NCBI GenBank assembly: GCA_949358305.1
Contig: OX442314.1
Coordinates: 19,778,001-19,842,000, forward strand
DNA: 64,000 nt
Origin: Strigamia acuminata
Lineage: Eukaryota
Direction of reading: 5' to 3'
Each line of letters starts with the position of its first letter. The first letter of the stretch is position 1. The position numbers and the translations under genes are program-made. Positions 1 through 14,309 of this stretch are shown here, in pieces. The notes under the pieces are model-generated. The model was not told where the DNA came from and did not search any database. It saw nothing but the letters and a program-made list of their open reading frames with translations.

Positions 1-164
1 GTTTTTAGTCCCTTTTTTGAGTAAAAAAAAGTAGAAATTTCTCAAGTTTCTCCAAGCTGAAGAAGTGAGAACCAATTTAATCCGAGATGAGCATTATGAG
101 CCTCATCCGACAAGATTGACCAGATACAGCTAGTAGGGTAATCCATACAAAATGGTACTTATAA

Positions 165-432
165 TACTACGTTTACATGCACCTAATATTTTGAGTGGTG
201 AAAAAATCAAATTGTTCTGTTTACATGCAGAAAATAATTCGTGATCACTTTCAATTTTCGACCAATGGGGAAGTGCCAGAAGCGATGCACGCATGCGCAA
301 TAAAAATAGTTCAAGTTCACTCGAATTAAACAACCTTTTGCAAGGGATTATTCACCACTCGAATAATCCTTGTCATCCCTGTTTACATAACAGTCGAGTG
401 AGATAAAATATTCAGTGTATGTAAACGTAATC
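165..432. mobile_element. MITE-like non-autonomous DNA element, family A copy 1
   Basis: Terminal inverted repeats TACGTTTACATGCACCTAATATTT ... AAATATTCAGTGTATGTAAACGTA. The body is colinear with a second copy at 14047-14309. No coding capacity. Confidence 0.75.
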
Positions 433-833
433 AGGTATTTAGATGGTCACGAATAAGCGCAGAATTAATCTGACATTTAAGTTAAACGATAATCCAGAAT
501 CGTTCAGTTGATCGTTCGCAACAGCTCGGAATATTTCCCGTCACCAGCTTTGCAGATTGCGAAGAATTCATCGAAGTGAGCAAACCGAAGCCATCGTTGG
601 ATTTAGACGAAAAGCAATTCATCAACCGACTTGGGCAAACAAGTGGATCGAAGACCAGAGAAGATTTACTGAATTCCACTACTTGGGGCAAAACAAGTAG
701 TGCAAGTCCAACTGAATCTTCATTATTCATGTTTTATAATTTATTCAATAACCTTATTATTTATTCATGCCATTTAGTTATGTATAACTACTAACTTTCG
801 CGAATCTACCCTAGACTGTACTATACCGTAGCT

Positions 834-1007
834 GCATTCAAAAAGTTGTTTTAAGTGATTTAGGTGTTTGTCCTTTTCTTTTTATATCTTTTAACAATCA
901 CAAAACAAAAACAAAAACACTTAACACACAATTTTTGTACTCCTGTTTTAAGACTATAGACACAAAAACCAATACAAATAAAACACTTAAAACGACTTTT
1001 TCAGTGC
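834..1007. repeat. Imperfect inverted repeat, possible degraded MITE
   Basis: GCATTCAAAAAGTTGTTTTAAGTG at the left pairs with CACTTAAAACGACTTTTTCAGTGC at the right. No clear TSD. Confidence 0.4.
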
Positions 1008-3497
1008 GATTAGTAATAGTTTTAACAATATCAAAAGTAAAAAAAAATAAACACAAACAAAAAGAAAAACAAAACAAAAGTTAAAAGTAACAAAATGAAA
1101 AAAAAACAGTAACAAGTCCTGAATCCAACCTTTAAACCATGCTCAACTGCCTAGCCATTTAAGCCAATTTACACAGCGTTATTCTCTTGCATTGACAATT
1201 TATGGCAAGCAGAGTTCATCCTAGTAAAGGCGATAATCGCCACGTGACTTTTGTGGCACTAGGTTAAAACTCAGCAGCTACAACGCACGGTTGCTAACGA
1301 TGCTATTTACACTGATGAGAAAATGCTACTGTCACCTTTAAACAGACAGCGTCCTCTCTGGAGACCGAGTGCCAAGCCTTCTCTCTTGATAAATCTTTCA
1401 GGCAAAACTTCTTTAATTACTCAGTTCGGGCTTTAATGGCAGCCACGCATCACGTGATTCAACCTCAACCCTCCACATCACTCCCCATCTTACCCTAACT
1501 TTCCCTTTTCTTCCCCATAGGCGATAAAAGTGTTCATTACGCCCCCGCACCAAATCCCCTCGAGGAAAAAAAATCAGTGACGTAAGACATCGCGTGAACA
1601 CGAGCCATTTGAACGAGGAAAGAGAGACGCGAAAGTACGAGGGGGAAGGGAGGAAGCAGGTGGGTGACAGAGGAAAAAAGCGTCGCGTGCTCATTAATGC
1701 GGGAAAAAAATGGTTCACCTGCCCAACGTAGATGGGAACACACCTATTGTTTTAGTGAAAATTAATGTGCACTTCCTAGAAAAAGCTGTGAATAAAATAG
1801 GCGAAGTGTTTTTGTTTGCGGAATTTAATTTAGAAAAATTGAAAATCGAACGCACTAACTAAGAAAAAGAGGTGAAGTGTCAAACCGTAACCGCAGATTA
1901 AAAGGAAATTGGGGGAAAAAGAAAAGAAGCCAAAAGTTTAATTTATCGTGCGGGCAAAAAAGCAAAACAAGTGCTCAATGTTGTATTATAGATTTAGCTC
2001 TCGTTGAAACCATAATTCATTTCCACTTCCTGCTTTCAATGCAAAAGAGGGCGGTTTTAAGCTAATCAATTCGTTTGCTAATCAATTTGTTTCAATGCCT
2101 AATCTGCATTACCGAAATTGACGATAAATATTTACTTTAGCTGGTATTTACACCTTTCATTAAGAACGCATGAAAAATAAATAAAAAAATACAAAAATTG
2201 CAATCAATGCAATTAAACTTCGACAAATAATACGGAGTACTTTTTAAATACAACTTTTTTTTGCTGGAATTTAAACATTGAAAAAAAAAATATTTTCACT
2301 ATCGTTTTCATTTTGTACTGTGTAAAGGTTTGTGAACCTGACTTGACTTCTCCCAGTTCGTGAGTCGTGACCACACAAAAACACTCCTGGGTTCACTGGT
2401 CCGCGTGTGGGAAAAATTGAGTATTTTGTATACAAAAGAGATTCTCTAGCTTTGTCGAATGTAACACTACACCTGAGAAAAACACGCGGCTTTTATTTAA
2501 ACATTTTCCATGCAAATCGTCTTCATTAATTAATTAATCCTGCCGTTATTAGGTGGCGTGCGCTCATTCGTTAATTAGAGAGATGCATGAGCTTGATTTT
2601 TATCAAGCATTAATTTCAAAAGCTTATTGATATTTAAAGTTCGTCGCCCTTTTTTTTTCTTTCCTTTTTTTCTCTTTTTTTTTCTAACAAAGCAGGATTT
2701 GACAACCGACTCAGAAAAACAATTTACATTTCAAATATTTTTACTTTTTTTTATAAAATAAATAAAAAAAATGTTTGAATGTCATAGTTATTAACTTCCA
2801 ATGAAAAAATAAAAGATTTCCAGTAGGCACCATTAGTGTTTTTTTCAAGTTAATTTCATTTTTTGCTATTTTAAAATGCACTAAAACCAAGTCAATAATT
2901 TCTCTTTTCCAGATTTATTATTCCTTTTATTATTTTTAAAATATAAATTTAAAAAAAATGAGAAATAATATGGCAGCTTTTTAAAATGTACATTACACCA
3001 AACTGAAAATGTTAAAATTCCTTTTCCATTCCAAAAATTCCAAAATCAATATATTTCTCATTGCAATGAATAGAAATGGCTGACCATTCATTAGACATTT
3101 TTTTTTTCAAATATTCCACAAACAAAATTTGAAGTCGTAGACTGTAAAAAGGGGGAGCCAGTGTGCAGTTTGCTGTAACCTACACCCTCCGAGAAACCTC
3201 GAAAATCGACCCAACCCTATCTATTGCGCATGCTCCAAGCTGCACTGTGAGTCGTAGCATCTGAGAGCCACAAGCGTCATGTCAGCTGGCTGCCAGACAT
3301 CTGCACTAAGTGTCGATACAAACACAAGAACGAGCATCGTCAAACCCAACTTCTTACCCAGCTGAATTCTGCCCATGCCCTTCCGCCAGGTGTGTGACTA
3401 GGTCGACTTCTAACTGCAAGCGATCCGCTGTTCCACTTGCGGAAACGGACCACACCCACTCACATTACACGTGCTGCCAACACCAGTGTTGCAGACG

Positions 3498-3887
3498 ATG
3501 AGCAGCGTTCCCCACAACATGAAGGTGTTCCTCCGTCGAGGATCACTGCGTTACGTTTTGGTCTGCGCCGTAGTTCTATCATTCCTCCTATACATGTACT
3601 TCGTCAATTCGGGAGGAACTCCACCTCTGGGTCTAGCACGGACAGATAAAACTGCAGGGGGAGGAAATTCGATAAGATCAGCATGGAATGCCGACGAAGA
3701 GTTTCAAATGTACGTCGAAAATACGCGAGCCACATGTCCCGTAATGACGCCAGCGCAAGTGGACGTTGATACTAACAAAGTTTACGGAACACTCAATTTT
3801 AATCCGAGATATAAAGAATTCTGGGACGATGATTTCGAACGGAGATACTTGAAAAGGCGTAGCAAGTGGAACAAACTTCCTCTTAAG
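3498..3887 (+). CDS. Golgi class II alpha-mannosidase (GH38), coding exon 1: cytosolic tail, type II transmembrane anchor and stem
   Basis: ATG at 3498 (alternative ATG at 3519). Basic tail KVFLRR, then hydrophobic YVLVCAVVLSFLLYMYFV. Ends ...KLPLK at an AAG|GTAAGA donor, which joins in phase 0 to [13 protein letters not shown] in exon 2. Confidence 0.88.
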
Positions 3888-5873
3888 GTAAGAAACACAA
3901 TAGAGACCAATGAACCCGGCTTGTTTCTCAAGCCAACATGTTCCCTTGCCTCGGCAATGTCAACAAACCTCTCTAGAATATTGTTTTCACGTGATTAAAG
4001 CGATAAAACGGGTCATTGTTTTCGTTTTCGTTGTCTGGACAATGAAACGTAATTCCAAACAAACTGAACAAAACTCACGATAAAAAAAAGATATCTATCA
4101 ACTTGTTTATTTATTTTTTCACGGATATACGCGTGGTGTCATTCACGCCTCTTGCAAATCGAGTCACGGTCATAGACACTACGTTTTTGTATGGAAATTA
4201 TTCCAAGTATAATTCCTATAAACAGCGGATATTACCACCTTGAAATGGCTGTAATAAATGAGTGAATGAAACATATCCTTAAGGCTGTCTTAAAATAACC
4301 CTCTTTCACTTCGCGAATCGTTGCACTTGACACGAAAACAAGTGGTCACTATGGTCACATAGAGAAAGCACACAACCACAGACAAAAAATAAAACAAAGA
4401 AATGCCTCATTCAAAACAAGAAAAAAAAGAAAAAGAAAAATTGTGTATTTTTTCTCTTTTATTTTTCCGTTACCACGATGGGTGATTTGCTGCTTGTGTT
4501 GTTCACTCCCCTTGGACGTTGCCAAAAGAAACTGAACATTAAAAACACCACTTTTCCCGCTTCCTTTTCGGCAAATAAGAATATAAAAATGAAATTATTA
4601 TACTACAAAAATTTCAGTTAATTGCGTAATCGAATTCAAAGCTTTTAATTACGTTTCACGAATTAATCAACGTTTAATTCGGCCAATTGTCCTGGTTAAA
4701 GTTGATTTAATTAAGTAAATTGCCATTCAAATTAATTCAATTAACCAATTTGATGAGTTAATTGTTAGTGGAGGAATTAAATCTACAGCTACAGTAACTG
4801 AAAAATCGACAAACTCTAGTGCACCCAAGTAGACACTGGGTCTCTTTAATCAAAATAAAGATACAAATTGTGTAATTTCACACAAGCTGCCCCTTAACAC
4901 TTTAGGTGCATCTTCTTTAAACCAGCGTGAACGCATATTTTAGGCGGCCTTTTTAACAGCAAAGTTGTACGAAGTCTGTTTGAATGAAATAAATTTGGAA
5001 ACTCCAGACAGCATGTTTAAAATTGCATGTTTTGCTGTCTAAGCTTGGTGCGCATGCCCACTGAGACTGAAAGCAGACTAAATCAGCCGCCATCTTTGAA
5101 GCTAGTTCCAGAGAAAATTGCACCAACTTTACATTCGAAATTTAACTGCTCGTTCAAAATGTTGTTTAAAAATGCTGTTTAGTCAGAATAACTTTCTGAA
5201 TGCATTAAATGCATTGTTAAATGCCAATTAAAATCATCTAAAAATATCAACTTCAAAATGTTATTTTTGTTTGTTTGTAGCCAATTAGTTGAAATTTCAA
5301 CGCACAAACAACCAGGCCCCACTAAAGACCTTTCTATTTAAAAAAAAAAAATTCAATTTTCAATCTTGCAGCAATAAGGTTTAAGTTATTCTTAAGGGGC
5401 CCACTATTCCAAAGAGAAAGACTCATTTAAAATCCATATCCAACAAACATCAAAGCAGCCCATTCCCAAGCATTCATTATCGAAATTATTTTTTTTTTGC
5501 TTTAAACTTAACATTTATAACAAAAAACGACGAAAATTTTATGTGAAATACATCATACTACCACATAACAACTTGATTACTTTTTCCTTCAAAATAAATA
5601 GTACTAAAAAAGAAAACTTATTGCCGCATCTTTCATGAATATGGATATGCGCACGTCCCTAGCGAACTGTTTAGATGAATCCCAAACTGAAATTTCTGCA
5701 TATGTAAAAATGGCACTTGTGTCGGGAATTTCTCGGGTTTAATGGGTCAGCACACATGTATAGAAACCAAGTACACCAACCATTATGCTTGGCTGCTCTC
5801 ACCATTTTTTCTCCCTGACGTTTGACGTGCACTAAGGAAATGAAGTTAAAATATATCACGAGGTCGAGACAAT

Positions 5874-6481
5874 AGGTGCGTTCAATCTTAAATGGATTTC
5901 TGAAATCGTGATTTTCTTAATTTTCAGAAATCAAGGAAATCGGATTTCAACTATGAAACACCAAAAAATTTGCCAAAATCCAACTGTTGCACATGTGCAA
6001 TTACAACCGTTGGACAACTTCTTGTTTGTCACGATTTTGCCATGCCATAACACGACGAAACATTTAAACACTGCCGGCTGCTCAAATATCGCGAAATATC
6101 CGAAAATCGCACGGCGGAACATTTAATCACAACAGGCCGCATTTGAACGCTCGAATGCGGCCAAAATGTTCTGATTTTCCCTTGCAAAAGCACGGTGGCA
6201 CAAATGCAGCCAAAAATCACGGCGGGACATTTAAATATGTCATTGTTGTTTGTTGAATGTTAAATTGTTATCAGTAAACGACAAACAATGTGCTTTAATC
6301 ACACTATGTGGAAATCAAGATGGCTGAAAATAAAGAACATCAAGAAAAGCGACCCAGCACGTGGATTTTCAGAAATCCGATTTTGTGAAATCCGATTTCG
6401 ATTTTATGACGTAAAAATCGTCACTTCCGGGCTCCAAAAATCAAAGAAATCAAAAAAATTCATTTAAGATTGAATGCACCT
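5874..6481. mobile_element. MITE-like non-autonomous DNA element (~608 bp)
   Basis: TIRs AGGTGCGTTCAATCTTAAATG ... CATTTAAGATTGAATGCACCT. Flanked by AAT on both sides, or by TA if the termini are taken 1 nt inward. Internal repeats CACGRCGRRACATTTAA. Confidence 0.75.
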
Positions 6482-9400
6482 AATGTAAACCAAAACCACA
6501 GTGAGTAATCACAGTCCAAATACCTGCAATTTTCTTTACGCGCATAACAAAATGTAATGCATATGTAATTAGACTATTTAAATACAAAATATTTAAAGAA
6601 AACAATTCAACTTCTATGGTAAAGTCTCAAACCTATTAAAATTGTAAAAAACAAGTATTAAAGCTGAATTTATGCCTTATTTTCAATAACAGATATAAAA
6701 AAAAAAATCTTGGCTACCTGGTATACCTACTGACACATTTTCATTGCTATAAAGATAAAATAAATTATTCCCTATATAAATATTTAATTTCAAAAATAAC
6801 ATTCTTTAGCAACTATTTTGCCACCTTATTATGCAGTTGAGTGGCTAATTTGTGAGTGCACCAGGGAGTAATGTATAAATAACATGTGCAGTGCAAACAT
6901 TGAACAGAAATGATTATATATTGTAGATAAAATGTCTTTGCTAATGACATGTTTACTTGTGCTTGCGAGTTACAACATAGAAAATTTCGTCAGACCGACG
7001 AAACTTATAATAAGAAGCACTTCATGTCGTGACTTGAGTAAAAGCAAGCTGCACAAAACTGCATTGACATCAAACCCAAACTTAAAACTCATTGCAATAT
7101 CACATTTGGAAGGCAGTTGAATTATGGATTTCACCTGATGAAATTTTCATGAACCATTCTGTATTTTCCAAATAAGGCCTATTTTTTGCCACCAACTGAT
7201 TTGCACAAAAAAGAAGGAAATAAATTAACACAACTACTGACCAAACATAACATACATAAGTTAGTGTCAGAAGACCAGAAGTGTTAGTCTACACCGTGCG
7301 AATTAACACGTAATTTGTTAGCAAAATAACATACCATATATTGCAGTAAAACTGCCTTTAAACCACATTACTGTTCACATGACTGTCTATAAAACATGTA
7401 GATAGACTCGGTCTAAATTAGATAAACCAGTCTAGACGACTCGGCAAATGCTGCCACTGTCTAGACTTAAAACACTGAAGAAAAACAAGGTTATTAGAAC
7501 TATTATGCTAAAATATTGTTAATCCCTTTCGATTTTTTTTAAAAATATTAAGTTTAATGAAAATGTTAATTTATCATTTTAATAAATTTAATTAAAAAAC
7601 AAAATTCTCCATTCATAACAACCAATAAATTTAGCTTACCGGTAGTATAATGATGTTTTTTGTTCTAAACAAATATATTCATTACGGCATTAATATTAAA
7701 CCGTATTCGTGCTTCATTCAAGAAAGAATGATGTTTTAAATATCAGCCTTTAAGGATCAGCGTATGCAACTCAACATTTTTCGATTTCTGCCAGTTTGTT
7801 TATCGTTAAATATTAAAAGTACTCAAATTAACAGATTTGTTGATAAGTTGGTAAGTGTAGTACGTATTAGCAGTTGGTTCATCATTTCAAGCCGCATTCA
7901 TCAAGTTATCGATTGAGAAAAAAAAATACCGTAAGCCTTTTGGATTCATTCTAACATCCAAAAGCATAAATCCTCTTGTTAGAGGTTTCAAGCAGTTACT
8001 TTTAATCGGCTTTTTTAGCTTAAAATTTTACCAAAAAAGTTACAGAGCATTTGTAGCCAAAAAAGAAGAAAACGAAGCTAATTAAGGGCTTCTTGCACTC
8101 ATCCCCTGTTGCTCGTTTGATTTTGACAGCAGCAGCAAGCGTGGCGGTAACAGATAAATCTCCCAATTACAAAATACCATAGAAATACATTCTCCGCAAA
8201 AAAAAAATAAAAAATTAAACTCACCTACTTTATACTAGAGAAAGCAGATAATCATTTTCCACTTGTATTTTCTCCCCTGATCATTCGAGCAATATAATTA
8301 AGATAATTTGTTAACCGATTCGGTGCAATAATTCTAGCCAAAGCGCATCTGGTCTCCCAAACTGGTCACTAATACTAGCCACACGCAAAACTTTAATTTG
8401 TTTACTGTGCTTCCATTTCTTTACTCGTAAAAAATGCAAATGCAATACAAGATTTAAAATGGATTCAGTTCAGAGTGATTGCACTTATCCATTTTATTCA
8501 ATTTCTTTTTGTTTATCCAGATGTTTGCCAACCCACCAGTATCTCATATTCATTAACCAAATGACTTTTTCGAAATGCAAAAACAAAGTCAATATTTTCA
8601 ATGACTGAAGTACATTCCAAGAGATTGGATTTTCCATTCTCTGTGTATTTTTCATCATTTTAAAAGCTGATTTGCATTCATCTTTTCTCCTATATTTTCA
8701 TGCGTATTATGCCATCCATTATTAATATGAAACTCGGACACTTCAACTAATGCTTTTACATGAATTAATACGTCATTTTTTCCCTCGTTTTTCTAATGTT
8801 TTCTTACCGAAGTGAATCATTTCTGTGAAAACTAAATTTCTCAACTTTTATTACCCAATAATATCCTTCGATTTAAACTAAAAAAAAAGAAGAAAAAAGG
8901 AGAGGAAAAAATACCCTCCCGATCAAAAAGCAGTTTTCCAGTTTTATCTTTCTTGGCATTTAATCAATAGCAGAGCATAGCAACTGAATTGTAAAGTATA
9001 TGGACAGTATTATGTAGATAGGATTTTACAACGTCGACAGTTACAAGATACTTGGGTATTGCAAGATTGACACATATTCTGGCTTATAGCCATTTTTCTT
9101 TGAATTTTATGCAGTTAAAGTGGAAAAAAAGAGAGAAAAACAAACTTAAAATCAGAATAGTTTCCGTAATATACCATAAGCTATTTTCTGGTGGTTGCCA
9201 TTTTAAATATTCATAGAGCACAATTTTCTGATGGAAACAAAAAACAGATGCTGCTTCGAGTAATTTCGACGTTTAATTTAATTTTAAAAAATGTAAATTC
9301 GGCAAAAATACAACTACCCATAAAAATGTTGGGGAAAATTTAAGAGTAGAACAGAAGAAATAATTTAATGATATTTAATTAATAATTTTACGAGTTAGGC

Positions 9401-12400
9401 TTAGCGGAGGGATAATGATAAAACGAGAATAAAACTTGTTATTATAGTTCCAGCTAAAAGAAGAAAAAAAAAATTTAATTTCGAGCTGTGATTAGATAAC
9501 CATTTGAATGACGCGGGTGCGGTTTCTATTTGTATAAGTTGCACGATTCTATCAAGCTAAACGACAAGACACGAATAAAAGTTTAATCGCTGTCGCTCCG
9601 AGATTAATCGGAGAAGTTAAAACAATCCATTTATTAAATCACAAATTTGAATTAAGGGGTATGTACTGTAAATTCAAATTAAAATAATACAATATTTAAG
9701 CTATTTAAGCATTATTTACTCAATATTTTTCGAATATCATAATACCATAATATAAATTCAAAGCAATTCGATCGTTTAAACGATTTTACTCACATATTCC
9801 CTTCATATTTGATTACACAAAGCAAACTAACTTTGACTTGCTGAGCAAGAGTAAAATTCCTTTTTAATCGATTCAAACGTGTATTTTTAAACAAACGTTT
9901 TAAATTTATGTCGAACTAAAAAACTCTAAGTTGGCTCGACACAAAAGATGCATTTTCGTGAAAGCAGAAACCTAAATATTTTCCACGGCAAAGACTCTGG
10001 CATATAAATCAAGCGTTTAATTTCGATAATGGCGCAACATTATATCCCACTATAAAATGTGACCTAATAAACAGTTACCATAAAAGTTTTATGACACTCA
10101 GCAAAAGAGAGAAAATTTACTCGTCCACAAATATCCACACCCAAACAACCCAACGTTTGAAATCAGTATTAATTTCATCTTTAATAGAGATTTTTACAGG
10201 CGCAGCATCTGTGACCTGTCCTGTGCTACATCAAAAAGTTGTATACAGAATACGGCAACCTCCAAAATGCAGACTATCTCTCATTTTTCAATCCCAGATT
10301 ATATTATATATATTATATTCGCAACTGGTTTCTAAAGATATATCAAATCCTTTTCACATATCTCTTGAGCAGCAGTGCAATATGAAAAATGAGGTGGTAC
10401 CCTTTTACAATACATCACGACAGACTTGTTGTCGCCGTCATCCGATTCCTGATTAATAATCTTTTCAGGCCAAAGCCAACCCACAACTATTTACAAAAGC
10501 TATACTGACCAAAATACTAATTAGCCACCGAATCAATGTAAGAAGAGAGCAATTTTCCCATGTTGCAAAGCTCCTCATTATCTTGATTACAATTGCTAAC
10601 AATTACCTGTGGTTGTGCTAATGTTATTGAAAGAAAATAAACTGCATTGTGCTGACGTGACGCAACGTCGAGTGCGCACACAAATCTTGGCGAAAGTTCA
10701 AACCTGGTCCAGTTTTCCTTTTGATAGTTTTATATAAATCTGGAAAGACAAGGACTCCAATACTATTGACCTCATAACCCTTTCACTGTCTTCTCGGAAA
10801 AGCACTTGTCAAGTCTCCACTCGACATAATTGGCTAGCAAAGGTTGATTGCTCTAAGTGACCCTTTTCCTCATTCCATATCGTCCGAGATGATGAAGAGT
10901 CGACTGCCAGAGGGACTCATCCTTTGAATTACTTCTCTACCTGTAAGTACACCTCGTGGAGTAATGGTCGTTGGGATTTCTTTCAGATAAAGTAATAGAA
11001 AAAAAAATCCTACTTGTGTCCAAGACATGCATCAAAAGTGCAATCACATTTCACAAAAATATCCATCATTCTTGGCAAAAGTTAGATCGCTTTGCAATCG
11101 AACGAATCGCATGGAATGGAAAGTTTGCAACAATTCTTAGTAATGGCTATTGGCACTGACACACCACACACTCTTCCTCACCCATCCAAGCACTCCTTTT
11201 TAGAAAACTACAATGCTAGTCAGAAAATATTCCTAGCACCGTTAAACATACATTTTTTTTTTTTTTTTTTTTACAAAACGAAGGACAAAATGCTTCTAAT
11301 TTGTTTAGACATTCTTATCCTGCTCAAAAACTCAGGAAGTCGTTCTGCTTACTTTGTCATGAGACTGAGTGACTGACATTTCCTTCTACGAATTAAGTTA
11401 GATTTCTTTAATCAATCATCTTAAATGCTTTAAACGATGCGATTAGGGTTAAATTAAAATTCAAGTGCAAGTACTAAATTGGCATAATTACCCATTAACT
11501 ACCATAACAGTTTTAGATGAATAGTTTGTTAGATTTTTTTTGTATCACTAAGTTCTAATTATTCGTAGATGCGATTTCACACTTCGATACTACACAAATT
11601 TACATACAACTTTGAATGCCCATAAGGTAAAACAAGATGCGCACATACATGAGCACGAACAAATTCAAAATTCAATGATATGCACAGCGCAGTACATCTA
11701 CTTTAATCATTAAAATGCAAAATAATTGCGATACTTAATATAAATTTTTTAAAATTTGATGTAAATTTTTTTTATCTAGACCTATGGTACTACATAATAT
11801 GTACTACTTAATTACGGCTTATTCTTTGCAAGAAAATAAAAGATCTCGCTTACTTTCATTAGAAAAGGTTCCCCCGCATATATAAATATACTAGATATAG
11901 ACATTTCATGAGTACTGGACATTGTGGACTCAAGTGACATCACCCAGGGCGTCACAGAATTGAGAGTCGGGACACAATCGAACCCTATCTCTAATTACAT
12001 CGTGGACACGAAAATAGTAGTCAGAATCGATGGTTGAATCCCGATCGCTACACTGTCACAGCCAACATCCCCACTAACCCAGGCCCATTCTTTTCATTCT
12101 TGCTGTCACTGTGATTAGCAAATTAATGATTAAACATGGTTAAGCTCTTCACGTGACAACAACGTTCTTGTCTCGTGTAATTACCTCCGGAAAATTTTCC
12201 ACTTGAAAAGAGGAGACTTTATCACGAATTGTCTCTATAAAAACAAACCAGGTTCGGTTAATTGCCGCCTTCCTTCAGCTAAGTAATCCCAAACTATCCA
12301 AAAAAATAATAATAAACATATGGTTTATAAACTGTCAAACTCATAAAAAAAAGCAAACTAAATGCCATTTTTTAACAGAACACTGAAATCTCATTTTCTC

Positions 12401-14046
12401 GACAACAATTGCTGTAAGGTGTGTCATAAATATAAAGCCACCCGCAGAAATAAGCTTCCCAGAAAAACGATTAAAACAATCACAAAACTGTTTGTTGCAC
12501 GTGAATATTCATCAAATTTTACACCTTTTATTCATTTCAAAACAATTCTGGACACAAATAACTTCTGGTCACAATTGAAAACCAAATTTTCACCTTTTTG
12601 CAATGTTGCCAGTCACAAATTTCATCCAAAAATTTTTTTTTAAGAATCAAAAATTGACACATGAGGATAGTTTATACGTACATAAATGTCATCTGTTACA
12701 AAAATTGTACAATTGTCAATCCAATTGTTGTAAAAACAATGCATTGAAACCCACTGATCGCTCAAAAAATTAAGATTCTGAGTGAAATATTGCACATCAG
12801 GGTCTGCTGGTGAATCAACAAGAAGACCATACATTAGTGAATCAAAAACAACAACTACCAGAGGAATTAAGAGCACCAAATGTTTGAAATACAAGCAAGA
12901 AAAGCAAGTCCTATTCTACTTCATGCTTGAAAATGTTTCGTTAAATTTAAATCTCAATCATATCTAATCTTGAATCTCCCCGTTATGCATTCTTTTAAAG
13001 CACCAAACCCCCTAGACACCAAGAAAGACGAAAACAGTGGCACTCATCCTACTACTCTCGGTTTAACTGAGACCTCGTGGAATTAGCAGTTAGCAGGGTC
13101 ACACCAAGGTTGTAACTACAGTCAATAAGCAAATGTAACGAGCTGAAACAAATGACTTGGGTGTGGTGCTTGTCTTTTGTGTTTAAAATAACTTCACAAT
13201 AATCAACCACATATCAATTATAATTTAACTCTTCTGCGTGCCTGCTTTACTATTAATCAGTTAATAAAAAAAAAGATTTCTTCTAAAAGCAGAAAGTGAA
13301 AATCTGTCAACAAAATATTCTAATTATTCAAAGAATTGACGTGTAATTAGTGGTAACTAAGCAACCGATTCAACGCTGTATAGAAGAAAAGTATTAGAGC
13401 ATTCAGATTTAAACAAAGGCTTAACTGTATTATTTTCTAATTTCACTTTCAATTACTACACACAGAAGCCAACTTTCTGGCCACTTTCGATAACTGTGTT
13501 AGACAATCAGATAAGGCAGAACTCAAGGCTGTGGATACAAGAAGTATTGATGAAGAAAAGCAGGTTGATGGAAGGAAGTGAGGAAGGGAAGTCCACCGAC
13601 GAGAAAATCCTAAATGCCTCCGGGCAAATTATAGCGGAAGTCAAATGAATTACTGCACGAACAAATTACAAAAATCTGCCAAAGAACCGTTCCTTATTGC
13701 GAATTTGTGAAGTGAACCAAGTGTTCTCTATAAAGAGGGTGTATCTTACCTCAGCATCTCGATTCTGGGAAGGAAGGAAGATGGGAGAATGTGAGATAAA
13801 ACAAGAGTAGGAAAACAACTGAGAGTTATGATAGACAAGTCTAATCAGACTTGATAAGAGTTTTGTGAAAATTAACAAGGGAATAGAGACTTAATTTAGC
13901 GCAAAATTTCGTCAAGTGATGCCAACTTTAAACACGAAAACTAATTTCATTTCGTTTTGGTAAAAACTGAATAACACGTACTGTATGTTTAAAATATAAA
14001 ATATAAAAAATATAAAATAATTTGAAGAATAATAAACAGACACATA

Positions 14047-14309
14047 TACTAAGTTTACATGCACCGAATATTTTGAGTGGTAAATAATTCACGTGTGTTT
14101 ACATGCAGAAAATAATTCGCGATCATTTTCGGTTTTCGACCAATGGGGAAGTGCCGAAAGCGATGCGCGCATGCGCAATAAAAATAGTTGGCGTTCACTC
14201 GAATTAAACAACCTTCTGCGAGGGATTATTCACTACTCGAATAATCCTTGTCATCCCTGTTTACATGACAGTTTACATGACGAAATATTCCGTGCATGTA
14301 AACATAGTA
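14047..14309. mobile_element. MITE-like element, family A copy 2
   Basis: TIRs TACTAAGTTTACATGCACCGAATATTT ... AAATATTCCGTGCATGTAAACATAGTA, flanked by TA on both sides. Homologous to 165-432. Confidence 0.8.

Noticed and set aside
1540..1800. Promoter or non-coding first exon of the mannosidase gene
   Set aside because: Purine-rich and locally GC-richer with a TGACGT motif, but nothing in the sequence fixes a TSS or splice link.
3888..3998. C-terminal part of the 175-aa ORF 3471-3998
   Set aside because: Read-through into intron 1 past the AAG|GTAAGA donor; GH38 homology continues at 30589 instead.
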